A stretch of DNA of 64,000 nucleotides. Source: Candidatus Saccharimonadales bacterium (GTDB lineage Bacteria > Patescibacteriota > Saccharimonadia > Saccharimonadales > UBA4665). Below the pieces are notes generated by a model. That model was not told the DNA's origin. It did not search any database and worked only from the letters and a program-made list of their open reading frames with translations. The stretch is from NCBI GenBank assembly GCA_038230395.1, contig JBBRNI010000005.1, positions 834-64,833 on the forward strand. The letters are read 5' to 3'. Below, one piece after another: positions 9,709 to 18,234 of the stretch. The translations under genes and the position numbers were made by a program. Position 1 is the stretch's first letter. Each line of letters starts with the position of its first letter.

Positions 9709-9926
9709 AAACCCAGAATATCGGTTGCCGTGACGCCGAACAGTTTAGCCAGCTTGGCAGTTGTGCCGCGCGAGATTTCATGCTCGCCTCGCTCTAGGCG
9801 AGCAACCGTATTCGTGCTGACGTCCAGCTTTTCAGCTAAGCCAGCCTGGCTCAGACCTTTTGCTAGTCGAAGATCTTTGATGCGCTTGCCGGTGGTGAGT
9901 AAGGCTGCTTTGTCTGAATCTTTCAT
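9705..9926 (-). CDS. XRE-family helix-turn-helix transcriptional regulator
   Basis: Classic HTH_3 sequence LRLAKGLSQAGLAEKLDVSTNTVARLERGE. The start overlaps the hepT stop by 4 nt. Confidence 0.85.
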   Translation of the reverse strand: MKDSDKAALLTTGKRIKDLRLAKGLSQAGLAEKLDVSTNTVARLERGEHEISRGTTAKLAKLFGVTATDILGF

Positions 9927-10258
9927 ACAATAGCTAAAACAAGCTCACGAAATGATGCAAAATGCTCACCAGCCACGACTTCCCAAATGATCTCGTAATC
10001 GACGTTGCCATACTCGTGGGCGATGATATTGCGCATGGCGATCGCTTGGCGCCACGGCAGCTCGGGGTGAGCATCTTTGAAGCCCTCACTGAGTGAGCGC
10101 ATATGTTCACCGATGGCTAACACGCGCAGGGCAGCTGCATCGCGCAGATTCAAGTCTTCGAGAAATGCTTGCTTGTCAGTAGGCACATTGGCTATCGTCA
10201 GATTCAGTAAATCCAGCACTTCTTTGAGTAGGACGGCGTCACGTTCCTCGAAACTCAT
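9923..10258 (-). CDS. hepT: HepT-like (DUF86) toxin RNase
   Basis: RX4HXY motif present as RNIIAHEY. Its size and its position after the MNT gene are typical. Confidence 0.85.
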   Translation of the reverse strand: MSFEERDAVLLKEVLDLLNLTIANVPTDKQAFLEDLNLRDAAALRVLAIGEHMRSLSEGFKDAHPELPWRQAIAMRNIIAHEYGNVDYEIIWEVVAGEHFASFRELVLAIV

Positions 10259-10560
10259 AATATAACGACTTTCTCTCTGTCGATAAATGGTTTGATGTGA
10301 CGCGACAAGGCCCGCTCTGATACGACATCTACTCGCTTGCCACTGCGCGATTCTAGGATGTCTTTTAATTCAAAGTGCTCGAAGAGCGATACGCCTGGGG
10401 CGTATCTGACGAGAATATCGACGTCACTATCGGCTCCGGCTTCGCCGCGGGCGTACGAACCGAACACGCTGGCAGCCAGAACATTGTGCTCCTGTAATAA
10501 TGCCTGTAGGTCAGCTAGGGCGATCGGTAGTTGCAAATCTTGGGCTTTCATAGCTATCAT
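10255..10560 (-). CDS. mntA: MntA-like minimal nucleotidyltransferase antitoxin
   Basis: GSYARGEAGADSDVDILV, i.e. the GS-X10-DXD nucleotidyltransferase motif. It overlaps hepT by 4 nt. Confidence 0.85.
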   Translation of the reverse strand: MIAMKAQDLQLPIALADLQALLQEHNVLAASVFGSYARGEAGADSDVDILVRYAPGVSLFEHFELKDILESRSGKRVDVVSERALSRHIKPFIDREKVVIL

Positions 10561-10778
10561 TATAACCTAAAAACCGTACAACCTACTCCTCTAGGGGAGA
10601 CGCACTCGATGAACGGGACTGACAGCTGTACGGCAATTCCATCTCAATAGTGAGATAAGGCTACACGTAACGTCAATATTAGACTATTTTAATAACATTC
10701 TTGACGAAAATATAAATTAGCAGAAGCATACGAGCAATATTAGGTTATTAACGGTGGTGGACAATAGTAGGAACAATT

Positions 10779-13364
10779 GTGGCAACCTCACTCTCCTGGA
10801 TCGTCGAATACATCGTCCTCACTAGCCTACTAATCTTATGTGCCGACATTCTCCGAAGACACAAAAACTTCCAGCATTACAAAAAATTAAACAGCGTTAT
10901 TCTTGAGTTGACGCCGCCAGCCTTCGCGCGCAAGACGCCACTAGCGACCGAGCAGCTGTTCCAGACGCTGCATAGCCTCGGCTCAGCGCAGACACTCAGG
11001 GAGCGCCTGCTCGACCGTGGTAATCGATATTCATTCGAGGTCGTGTCGTCACGTTCGGCAGGCATTCGGTTCATGGCCCGGATGAAGCAGTGCGATGTTG
11101 CAATATTTCAGCAACAGCTGGCAGCCTACATGCCGGATGTGAAGTTTGCTGTAGTGCCGGACTATCTGCCAGAGCTAGTGGCAGGCAAGCAAACAACGTT
11201 AGCTTGTTATGAATTCAAGCAAGGCGGGCACTTTGCTTTTCCACTAGCGGCGCACGACGCACTCATACAGCACGACCCGATTGCATACATAACTGGCTCG
11301 ATGACTAAGTTGGCGCCGAGTGAGCTAATTGCTTATCAAGTTGTCTTGTCACCGGCAAACAAGCGTGAAGTTACCCGGATTCGCAACAAGCTGTACTTAG
11401 GCAAGGACCCTGATTTGTACGGCAAAAATCGTACGCTTGGTAAAAAAGCACTGGTCTTGATGCTACAGATTCCGTTCATCATACTAAGCGGAATACTCGG
11501 CTTGATTGGCAGCTTTTTTGATGACACGTCGTATCACAGCAAATCGAATGCCTATAAAGCGCCAGTCGTGCCGCAGCGCGCACCTGAGCATCAAGAATTA
11601 CTAGCCACGCTCGGAGACAAGCTCAAACAGCCACTATTTCACGCTAGTATCCGCGTTTTAGTCGTTACAGACGATCGCATGAAAGCCGGGCAGAGCATCC
11701 AAGGCCTCAGCTCAGCGCTGGGATTGTTCAGCGTGCCAGGCTTTCAAAGTTTGATCGCCAAGCGCAATTTCCCAAGAAGCAAGATGAATGTACACCGACT
11801 GCATAGCTTTGCCAGCCGGTGGCTACCGATACTGATGCGCCATAGCAGTATCGTGTCCGTATCGGAAGTCGCCAGCTTGTACCACTTTCCGTTCGGCGAG
11901 ACAGCTCGACCAGAGAATTTGGCGCGGTCGCAAAGCCGGACATTGCCAGCACCATTCGCTTTGAAAGCCAGGGCTGATGAACAAGCCTTCGACGTCGTCC
12001 TCGGTGAAAACCAACACCACGGCAGCACCAATCCGATTGGCTTACTGGCCAGCGAACGCCAGCAACATGTTTACGTCATTGGTGGTACCGGCAACGGTAA
12101 AACTACAATGCTGCAATATGCCATTGTCCAGGACATGCGAGCGGGTAAAGGTGTGGCCGTGATCGATCCGCACGGCGATATGGCTCAGACGCTGCTAACC
12201 TACGTGCCGAAAGACCGGATAGACGATGTCGTCTACCTCAATCCCGTTAATATTGATTACCCAATTGGTATTAACGTCTTAGAGCTTCCGACTGGCCTGA
12301 GTGGCAGCCAGCTGCTACTTGAGAAGGAGCGTGTGACTGAGGCTGTCATTTCCATATTACGCAAAGTCTTCTCTGACGATGCTAACAATGCACACCGCAT
12401 CGAAGGCATCTTGCGCAATGCCATTCATACCGCTATAAGCGTCGAGGTTGCCACGTTGTTTACCGTCCTCAAGATTCTGCGTAACACTAACTACCGCAAA
12501 ACCGTTGTAGCTCAGCTCACCGACGAACACCTGCGCGATTTCTGGAAAGAAGAGTTCGGCCAAGCCGGTGACATGCAGCGCGTTAGCCTAAGCAAGGGTG
12601 TCACCAACCGCATCGACCGCTTCCGCAGCTCAAAGCCAGCCGAGCGGATGCTCGAGCAAGCCCATTCAACAATTAGCTTCGAGGACATCATCGATTCTGG
12701 CAAGATTCTGATCTGCAACTTTGCTGAGGGCAACTTAGGCGAAGATACTTCGGCACTGTTTGGCACGACTATTCTAGCCAAGCTTAAGCTGGCTGCTGAG
12801 CGCCGAGCACGCATGTCGGCGGAAGACCGCCAACCATTCTATCTCTACGTCGATGAATTCCAGAACTTCGCGACCACACCGTTCGTCAAGATGCTGTCTA
12901 GCTCACGCAAATACAAACTATTCTTGGCGCTTGCACAGCAGTCCACCAGCCAGCAGGATGAGCAGCGCCTTACCGAGACGATTCTATCTAATGTCAGCAC
13001 CGTCGTCTGCTTCCGTACCGGCAGCCCAGCTGACGAGCAGTTGATCCTGCCGCGCTTTAGCCCGTTCATCGAGCAAGGGGAAATCGGCAACCTGCCAGCC
13101 TATCATTACTACATCCGTGTCCAGGCGCAGGAATCGCTGGAGCCGATGTCGGGCGTCACACTCCAGCTGGATGATGACTGGAGCGAAGATGTTGCTGACG
13201 CAGTGGCCGAAGCTTCTCGGAAGAACTATGCTTTGCAGTATGTAGAAATGCAGCCTGAACAAAAGCTTGCCAAGCCTAACACGGGCAGGGCAGCTAAAAC
13301 TACCCATAAAAAATCTAGTGGCATGAAAAAGCCGGTCAAACACAAATCAAAAGCCACAAAGTAA
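10779..13364 (+). CDS. Type IV coupling protein-like (TraD/VirD4/HerA-FtsK superfamily) membrane ATPase
   Basis: Two N-terminal TM segments. Walker A GGTGNGKTT followed by VIDPHGD. Walker B-like FYLYVDEFQNF followed by SSRKYKLFLALAQQS. Lys-rich C-terminal tail. Confidence 0.7.
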   Translation: MATSLSWIVEYIVLTSLLILCADILRRHKNFQHYKKLNSVILELTPPAFARKTPLATEQLFQTLHSLGSAQTLRERLLDRGNRYSFEVVSSRSAGIRFMARMKQCDVAIFQQQLAAYMPDVKFAVVPDYLPELVAGKQTTLACYEFKQGGHFAFPLAAHDALIQHDPIAYITGSMTKLAPSELIAYQVVLSPANKREVTRIRNKLYLGKDPDLYGKNRTLGKKALVLMLQIPFIILSGILGLIGSFFDDTSYHSKSNAYKAPVVPQRAPEHQELLATLGDKLKQPLFHASIRVLVVTDDRMKAGQSIQGLSSALGLFSVPGFQSLIAKRNFPRSKMNVHRLHSFASRWLPILMRHSSIVSVSEVASLYHFPFGETARPENLARSQSRTLPAPFALKARADEQAFDVVLGENQHHGSTNPIGLLASERQQHVYVIGGTGNGKTTMLQYAIVQDMRAGKGVAVIDPHGDMAQTLLTYVPKDRIDDVVYLNPVNIDYPIGINVLELPTGLSGSQLLLEKERVTEAVISILRKVFSDDANNAHRIEGILRNAIHTAISVEVATLFTVLKILRNTNYRKTVVAQLTDEHLRDFWKEEFGQAGDMQRVSLSKGVTNRIDRFRSSKPAERMLEQAHSTISFEDIIDSGKILICNFAEGNLGEDTSALFGTTILAKLKLAAERRARMSAEDRQPFYLYVDEFQNFATTPFVKMLSSSRKYKLFLALAQQSTSQQDEQRLTETILSNVSTVVCFRTGSPADEQLILPRFSPFIEQGEIGNLPAYHYYIRVQAQESLEPMSGVTLQLDDDWSEDVADAVAEASRKNYALQYVEMQPEQKLAKPNTGRAAKTTHKKSSGMKKPVKHKSKATK

Positions 13365-13417
13365 AAGCTGACTTCACGCACCGCATCGCCTTCAGCAACG
13401 ACCACATAGACGAGCTA

Positions 13418-13870
13418 ATGGCCGCGGTGCAGGTTGTGTGGGGCAAGCGCCAAGTAGAACTAAACAAGGAGGAGGTAGCCGTAGAAACAAACCTCAAGGG
13501 TCTCTACGCCCAAGCAAAGGCCATTATGGACAAGATAAAGATGCTAAGTAGCCAAACAGTAATTAAGTATATGGAGGACGAGCTGATGCAAGTCGAAACT
13601 GAGATCGAGAACATCAAAAACGTTACCAAACAAAAAACCGCCATTCCAGCGGTCAATATTACGGTCGTTACGGCCTGCGTACGATACTTTCTGCAACACC
13701 TAGACTACTTGTTGTTACAGCAGAGTGATCCTGAGCAAAAAGCCAACTTTTTTGGCCTGATTTACGAGAAAGTGCCCACTTATCAAGAAATGGTTTCTGT
13801 AACCGAAAATTCCGGAGAATTAACAGGGGTAAGTGAACTTTTTTTAGCTCGAAACATTGAAAGGTACTTA
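13418..13870 (+). pseudogene. Recombinase/integrase C-terminal remnant (family unresolved; resembles the coiled-coil C-terminal part of large serine recombinases)
   Basis: The frame is open only from 13319, after an in-frame TAG at 13316. There is no start codon before 13418, so there is no room for a catalytic domain. Track ORF 13418..14002 reads straight through the antisense of tRNA-Leu, so its last ~45 codons are not genuine. Confidence 0.35.
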
Positions 13871-13871
13871 C

Positions 13872-13958
13872 TGGTGGGCGAGGGGGGACTTGAACCCCCA
13901 CGAGCTTGCGCTCACAAGATTTTGAGTCTAGCGTGTATACCAATTTCACCACTCGCCC
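13872..13958 (-). tRNA. tRNA-Leu (anticodon CAA)
   Basis: 87 nt folded by hand. Acceptor GGGCGAG/CTCGCCC and D stem GTG/CAC. Anticodon loop CTCAAAA, with one U-U mismatch in the anticodon stem. Variable arm GAGC-GCAA-GCTC, T arm GGGGG-TTCAAGT-CCCCC, encoded ACCA. Confidence 0.9.
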
Positions 13959-14094
13959 GCGCTACTAGATCTGTGCATTTCATTACGCTTACGATTCAGT
14001 AGGCCACCAGGGGCGTATTGTACTATACTTAGGAGGTAAGATCCAAGTACACATACTCGCAAAGCCTGGGTACTTCTTATTTGTACTGTTTATT

Positions 14095-15354
14095 ATGGCA
14101 ACAAACCCGCTTACTCCAATCGAACCAAACAAATCAGCCCTGGCGGCGGATGTTATTCGTGATAAAGTCGCCCGACTCTATAGCAGTGAGCCCGACGCCG
14201 CTACCGAAGAACTTGAAGCCGAAGCAGCTACACACCGCAGCCCCCATCAACAGTTCATGTATGACCTGAGTGCCTCTGGCAAAAGTCTAGCAACAATCCA
14301 GACCGAATGGCACAGCTACTACCTGTCTTTGTCTGAGCACGAGCGGCGGCAAGTATGGCAAGAATTTTACGCTAGTCAGTCTAGCGTTACTGGGATCAAG
14401 CCAATTGAAGTAGCACATGTCGAAGCGCAACATAAACATGCTGTCGTCCCAAAAGGACATCGCAAGCCAACTAAAACTAGGTCTCTCAAAGACTTAAGAA
14501 GCCCAGGAGCAATTCAGGCGACAATCCGCGACACTGTGACCGGAGGCGGTAAGTTAGAAGTTAAGCACCACGTTCAGTCGCTATTATTTGGGCTTGGAAT
14601 GGGTAGTATCGTGGTTGTTATATTCTTATTTAGCTTCTTTAACGAGGTTATTATCGCGCCGTTCATCCAACCAAGTCGAGTTGCCGCCGCTACGCCACTT
14701 ATTATTAGTGCCGACAGTGTGGCGCCATCCAAGACGCCCGAAGTAATTATTCCTAAAATCAACGTAGAAATACCGGTAAATTATAGTGAGTCCTCGACGG
14801 TGGAAGCTAATATAGAAAACGACCTGGAGAGTGGAATCGTTCATTACCCAGGCACAGTTGTGCCAGGCGAGAATGGCAACGCCGCATTTTTTGGGCACAG
14901 CAGTAATAACATCCTCAATCCTGGCAAATACAAATTCGCTTTCGTTCTGCTCCATACCATGGTGCCTGGTGACACCTTTTACTTGACCTACAGCGGTAAA
15001 GTGTTCGTCTATAAAGTAATAAGTAAAACCGTCGTTGATCCGAGTGATGTCGGTGTATTAGGTCCAGTGCCTGGTCAGACAGCCACAGCCACGCTTATTA
15101 CCTGTGACCCACCCGGCACAAGCCTTAAACGATTAATTTTGGTAGGTCAACAGATTAGTCCAGCAATAACTGGTAACTCTACGCCGGCAGTTACAGCTGT
15201 ATCGGCAGCCCCAGCCACAGCGGCTTTACCAGGCAACGGACCGACGCTACTAAACCGAGTTTCCAAGACAACAACAGGCAAGATAATCATGGCCGTGATT
15301 ATACTACTAGCTATTGGCCTTGTAATTCGCTGGATCCGCAAGCCATATCGGTAA
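14095..15354 (+). CDS. Sortase-family transpeptidase with long N-terminal region and C-terminal TM
   Basis: Catalytic TLITCDPPG (TLxTC) and an upstream FFGHSSNN His. TM segments flank the catalytic domain. Confidence 0.85.
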   Translation: MATNPLTPIEPNKSALAADVIRDKVARLYSSEPDAATEELEAEAATHRSPHQQFMYDLSASGKSLATIQTEWHSYYLSLSEHERRQVWQEFYASQSSVTGIKPIEVAHVEAQHKHAVVPKGHRKPTKTRSLKDLRSPGAIQATIRDTVTGGGKLEVKHHVQSLLFGLGMGSIVVVIFLFSFFNEVIIAPFIQPSRVAAATPLIISADSVAPSKTPEVIIPKINVEIPVNYSESSTVEANIENDLESGIVHYPGTVVPGENGNAAFFGHSSNNILNPGKYKFAFVLLHTMVPGDTFYLTYSGKVFVYKVISKTVVDPSDVGVLGPVPGQTATATLITCDPPGTSLKRLILVGQQISPAITGNSTPAVTAVSAAPATAALPGNGPTLLNRVSKTTTGKIIMAVIILLAIGLVIRWIRKPYR

Positions 15355-15377
15355 GGCTTAGAAGGTCAAAAAGCCTT

Positions 15378-16874
15378 CTACAAGTCCGATGGTATCAACA
15401 GAAGAGTATTGGTTAAAATAGCTCCATTACCAGATGCTACAAAGCTATAAACGTTTTTATAGTCAGGTGTAAAAAACGGAGTGGACGAGGGGCTACCTGG
15501 TATAAAAGAACGTTGATTTGTTTGATCAAAATCAAGAATTTGGATCATTGCAGATCCCTCCGATGGACTAACACCCGTATAGGTTAGCCTATTACCATCC
15601 ATCCACTTTACATGCGGCTGATTCGAATTAATTGAAACTTTGGTCGCCAGATCATAGTTGTACCCATTTTTATTTTCTAAATCATAAATGGCAACTTGGT
15701 TCCCGTGCTCCGCCAAGATGTACTGCGAATTACTGGAAAAACTTTCGTAGTCAGGGCCTCTCACACGCAATACCTGGATAGGTACAATCACTTGGGCCGG
15801 ATGTACTGCTAGTTGAGATGCGGGATCCTTGTAAATGTAGACCTTATTTTCATCAACACTGCTGGCGACAACATACGGAGTATTGCTATAGTTTGCCAGG
15901 TCAACAATGTAGCGCGTACTGGCTGGGAAACTCCGCAGTAGAACGGTGCGACTGCCAGTTTGTTGCTTGAGTAGCACCTTACCAGCTGGCGCATCAACGC
16001 TAGTAAAGTACACTAGCGTACTATCTCCATAAGATTTATAAGCTAAAACGTCACTGATAAGACTTACAGCCGCAGGAGCTTTGAGTGATGCGGTTCGCAA
16101 ATTATGGTCAGCAGAATTATAAAGGTAATATTGGTCATACTTCTTATTGCTTAAGGCTACTGCGGCAGTCGTGTTCTCGAGTGTTTTAGTAAGATTCAGT
16201 GATTGGTCAGGATTCTCACGGTCAAGCATAATATACTCGACAGTAGTATCAGCAGTGTGTTGCAAAAGGAGATGTTGATTATCGTCGGCCCACTCCACAA
16301 CCTGCCAGTTCTCACTGGTCGCTGCTTTAGTCGCTATATCGATTGGTAGACTAATTGTTAGGGCTAGTTTGGTTGGGTTCTTCAAGTCATATACAGCAAA
16401 ATTATCAGGGCCAGCAATATCATTGGTTACTAACCAGCGGCGATCCGGACTCTGAGAAGTTAGTCCAGGCATGGTCGCTAAGGGCAGGAGCGTCGTTGTT
16501 TTGACCACTTTGGGAAGCAAGAGCGGATAATCATAGTGGGTAACGCTGCCGCCATTTACCTCAATTGTGCGCTGCCAATCTTGGTAACCCGGCCTTGACA
16601 TACGCACTCTGTAAATACTAGCCGGTAACGCTACCCGGGCGTTAGTGTCTGATGTAGCGCGCTTACCATTAAGGAACACTTTGGCAGGGTTAGGACTGCT
16701 AGAGAAAAAAACTATGCCGTTTTGGATTACTGTACCGTTTTTATCGATACCAAAACCATAGGCCTGGTAGACCAGCACAACAGTAGCAATAATTATAGCA
16801 ACTGACATGCAGACGTAGCCAAACAGTAATAAAATGCCATGTCGGCGTTGTTTTTGAGGGTCAAGATAATCCAT
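15378..16874 (-). CDS. PEGA-domain envelope protein with beta-propeller-like C-terminal region
   Basis: N-terminal TM, then a PEGA-like segment (AKVFLNGKRATSDTNARVALPASIYRVRMSRPGYQDW). Confidence 0.7.
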   Translation of the reverse strand: MDYLDPQKQRRHGILLLFGYVCMSVAIIIATVVLVYQAYGFGIDKNGTVIQNGIVFFSSSPNPAKVFLNGKRATSDTNARVALPASIYRVRMSRPGYQDWQRTIEVNGGSVTHYDYPLLLPKVVKTTTLLPLATMPGLTSQSPDRRWLVTNDIAGPDNFAVYDLKNPTKLALTISLPIDIATKAATSENWQVVEWADDNQHLLLQHTADTTVEYIMLDRENPDQSLNLTKTLENTTAAVALSNKKYDQYYLYNSADHNLRTASLKAPAAVSLISDVLAYKSYGDSTLVYFTSVDAPAGKVLLKQQTGSRTVLLRSFPASTRYIVDLANYSNTPYVVASSVDENKVYIYKDPASQLAVHPAQVIVPIQVLRVRGPDYESFSSNSQYILAEHGNQVAIYDLENKNGYNYDLATKVSINSNQPHVKWMDGNRLTYTGVSPSEGSAMIQILDFDQTNQRSFIPGSPSSTPFFTPDYKNVYSFVASGNGAILTNTLLLIPSDL

Positions 16875-17053
16875 GAGTCTAGGATGATTATAAGCTAGAA
16901 CATGAAATAAACCTTAAATTAAGCCAAAAGTAATCCCTGTACCTTTGATTGGGCACTTGCAGACCAACTCAAGACAGTTTAAGATGATACTTACAGCGCT
17001 AAAAGCGTTAGCAACTTGTATTAGTACCAGAATTCGGACAAACATAGAACAAC

Positions 17054-18178
17054 GTGAGCAAACTAACCAATAGCATCGAAATAAATGGTAAGCGCTACGA
17101 CTCGCAAACGGGTAAAATGCTGGTTAGCATCTTGTCACCTAAACAACGGGGCAGTGTTGATGGCGTTATAAGTAGTAAAGCCACTCCATCATCTGCATTA
17201 GCAGCGCCCAAGATAGTGGCACTTAAGACTATCAAGCCCCTGTCTGATGCCAAAGTAATGGATATACAATCAGCCAAACATCAAACTCGGATTGCAGCAA
17301 AGGCTGCATCTAGTCACAAAACTCAGTCTTCCCAGACCTTGATGCGACATGTGGTAACCAAGCCAGTCGCTACTTTAAAACGTAGGCACCGCGCAGTTAG
17401 CCATACTGACGCTAATGTCAACGCTTTGGTCACGCAGCCAGCCAGGTCTTTCTTGGCTAAAGCCTCTTTAAGTGTCGTGCCAGCCACGCGCCTTAAGCGA
17501 GCCACACAAGCAGCCAGGAGTACTCAAATTAGTCGTTTTTCTAAGGTATCACCTAGCCTAATCAACTATCACTCAGCCACGAAAGCTGGAGGCGCCCATG
17601 CTGCTGATGGATTACCCCATACAGCTAAACCGCTAGATATTTTCGAAGTAGCTCTAGAGAGAGCTACTAGTCATATGCAGCCAGCGGTAAAGCACTACAA
17701 GCATCCTCGACGCCAACAATTTTTATCAAAGCGGCGGGTTAGCTTGGCAGCTACAGGCATATCAGTTCTGCTACTAATTGGTTTTGTGGGTTTTGAGAAC
17801 CGGACTACTCTCAGCGTGCGGATGGCGGCCAAAAAGGCCGGCTTTAGCGCAGCACTGCCTTCGTATCAACCCTCTGGGTTCAGCGTCAGTCATCTTAATT
17901 ATAGTGCTGGGAATGTTGCCATACAGTTCCGTAGCAATAGCGACAAGCGGGCATACGCTATTACCGAAAAGCCCTCATCTTGGGATAGCACTACACTACG
18001 TGATAATTTTGTTGCCACCACTGATCAGCAGTATCAGACGGTGAACGTTGGAGGACGAACCGTGTACTTATACGGTAAAAATAACGCTTCATGGGTTAAT
18101 GCCGGTGTTTGGTACCAAGTTCAATCTGAAGGCTCACTGAGCGACCAACAGCTCAGCCAATTGGCCTCATCGCTTTAG
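17054..18178 (+). CDS. Membrane-anchored hypothetical protein (basic cytoplasmic N-terminus, extracytoplasmic C-domain)
   Basis: 374-aa ORF with a single TM (VSLAATGISVLLLIGFVGF). No catalytic motif recognised. Confidence 0.5.
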   Translation: MSKLTNSIEINGKRYDSQTGKMLVSILSPKQRGSVDGVISSKATPSSALAAPKIVALKTIKPLSDAKVMDIQSAKHQTRIAAKAASSHKTQSSQTLMRHVVTKPVATLKRRHRAVSHTDANVNALVTQPARSFLAKASLSVVPATRLKRATQAARSTQISRFSKVSPSLINYHSATKAGGAHAADGLPHTAKPLDIFEVALERATSHMQPAVKHYKHPRRQQFLSKRRVSLAATGISVLLLIGFVGFENRTTLSVRMAAKKAGFSAALPSYQPSGFSVSHLNYSAGNVAIQFRSNSDKRAYAITEKPSSWDSTTLRDNFVATTDQQYQTVNVGGRTVYLYGKNNASWVNAGVWYQVQSEGSLSDQQLSQLASSL

Positions 18179-18234
18179 CCTTATCAAAACGGTATGCTGT
18201 TCAAGCAGGGCATTATCTCTTATAATAATCAGTT

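Larger units (their letters stand above)
8870..13882. mobile_element. Decayed integrative island inserted at the 3' end of tRNA-Leu(CAA)
   Basis: TGGTGGGCGAG at 13872..13882 is the last 11 nt of the tRNA. It is repeated identically and in the same orientation at 8870..8880. A recombinase-like remnant abuts the tRNA. The cargo is an HKD nuclease, a toxin-antitoxin operon and a T4CP-like ATPase. Confidence 0.6.

Noticed and set aside
13871-14002. 3' part of track ORF 13418..14002 (..LVGEGGLEPPRACAHKILSLACIPISPLA..)
   Set aside because: This stretch is the antisense translation of tRNA-Leu(CAA), not genuine coding sequence. Only the upstream part is treated as a gene remnant.
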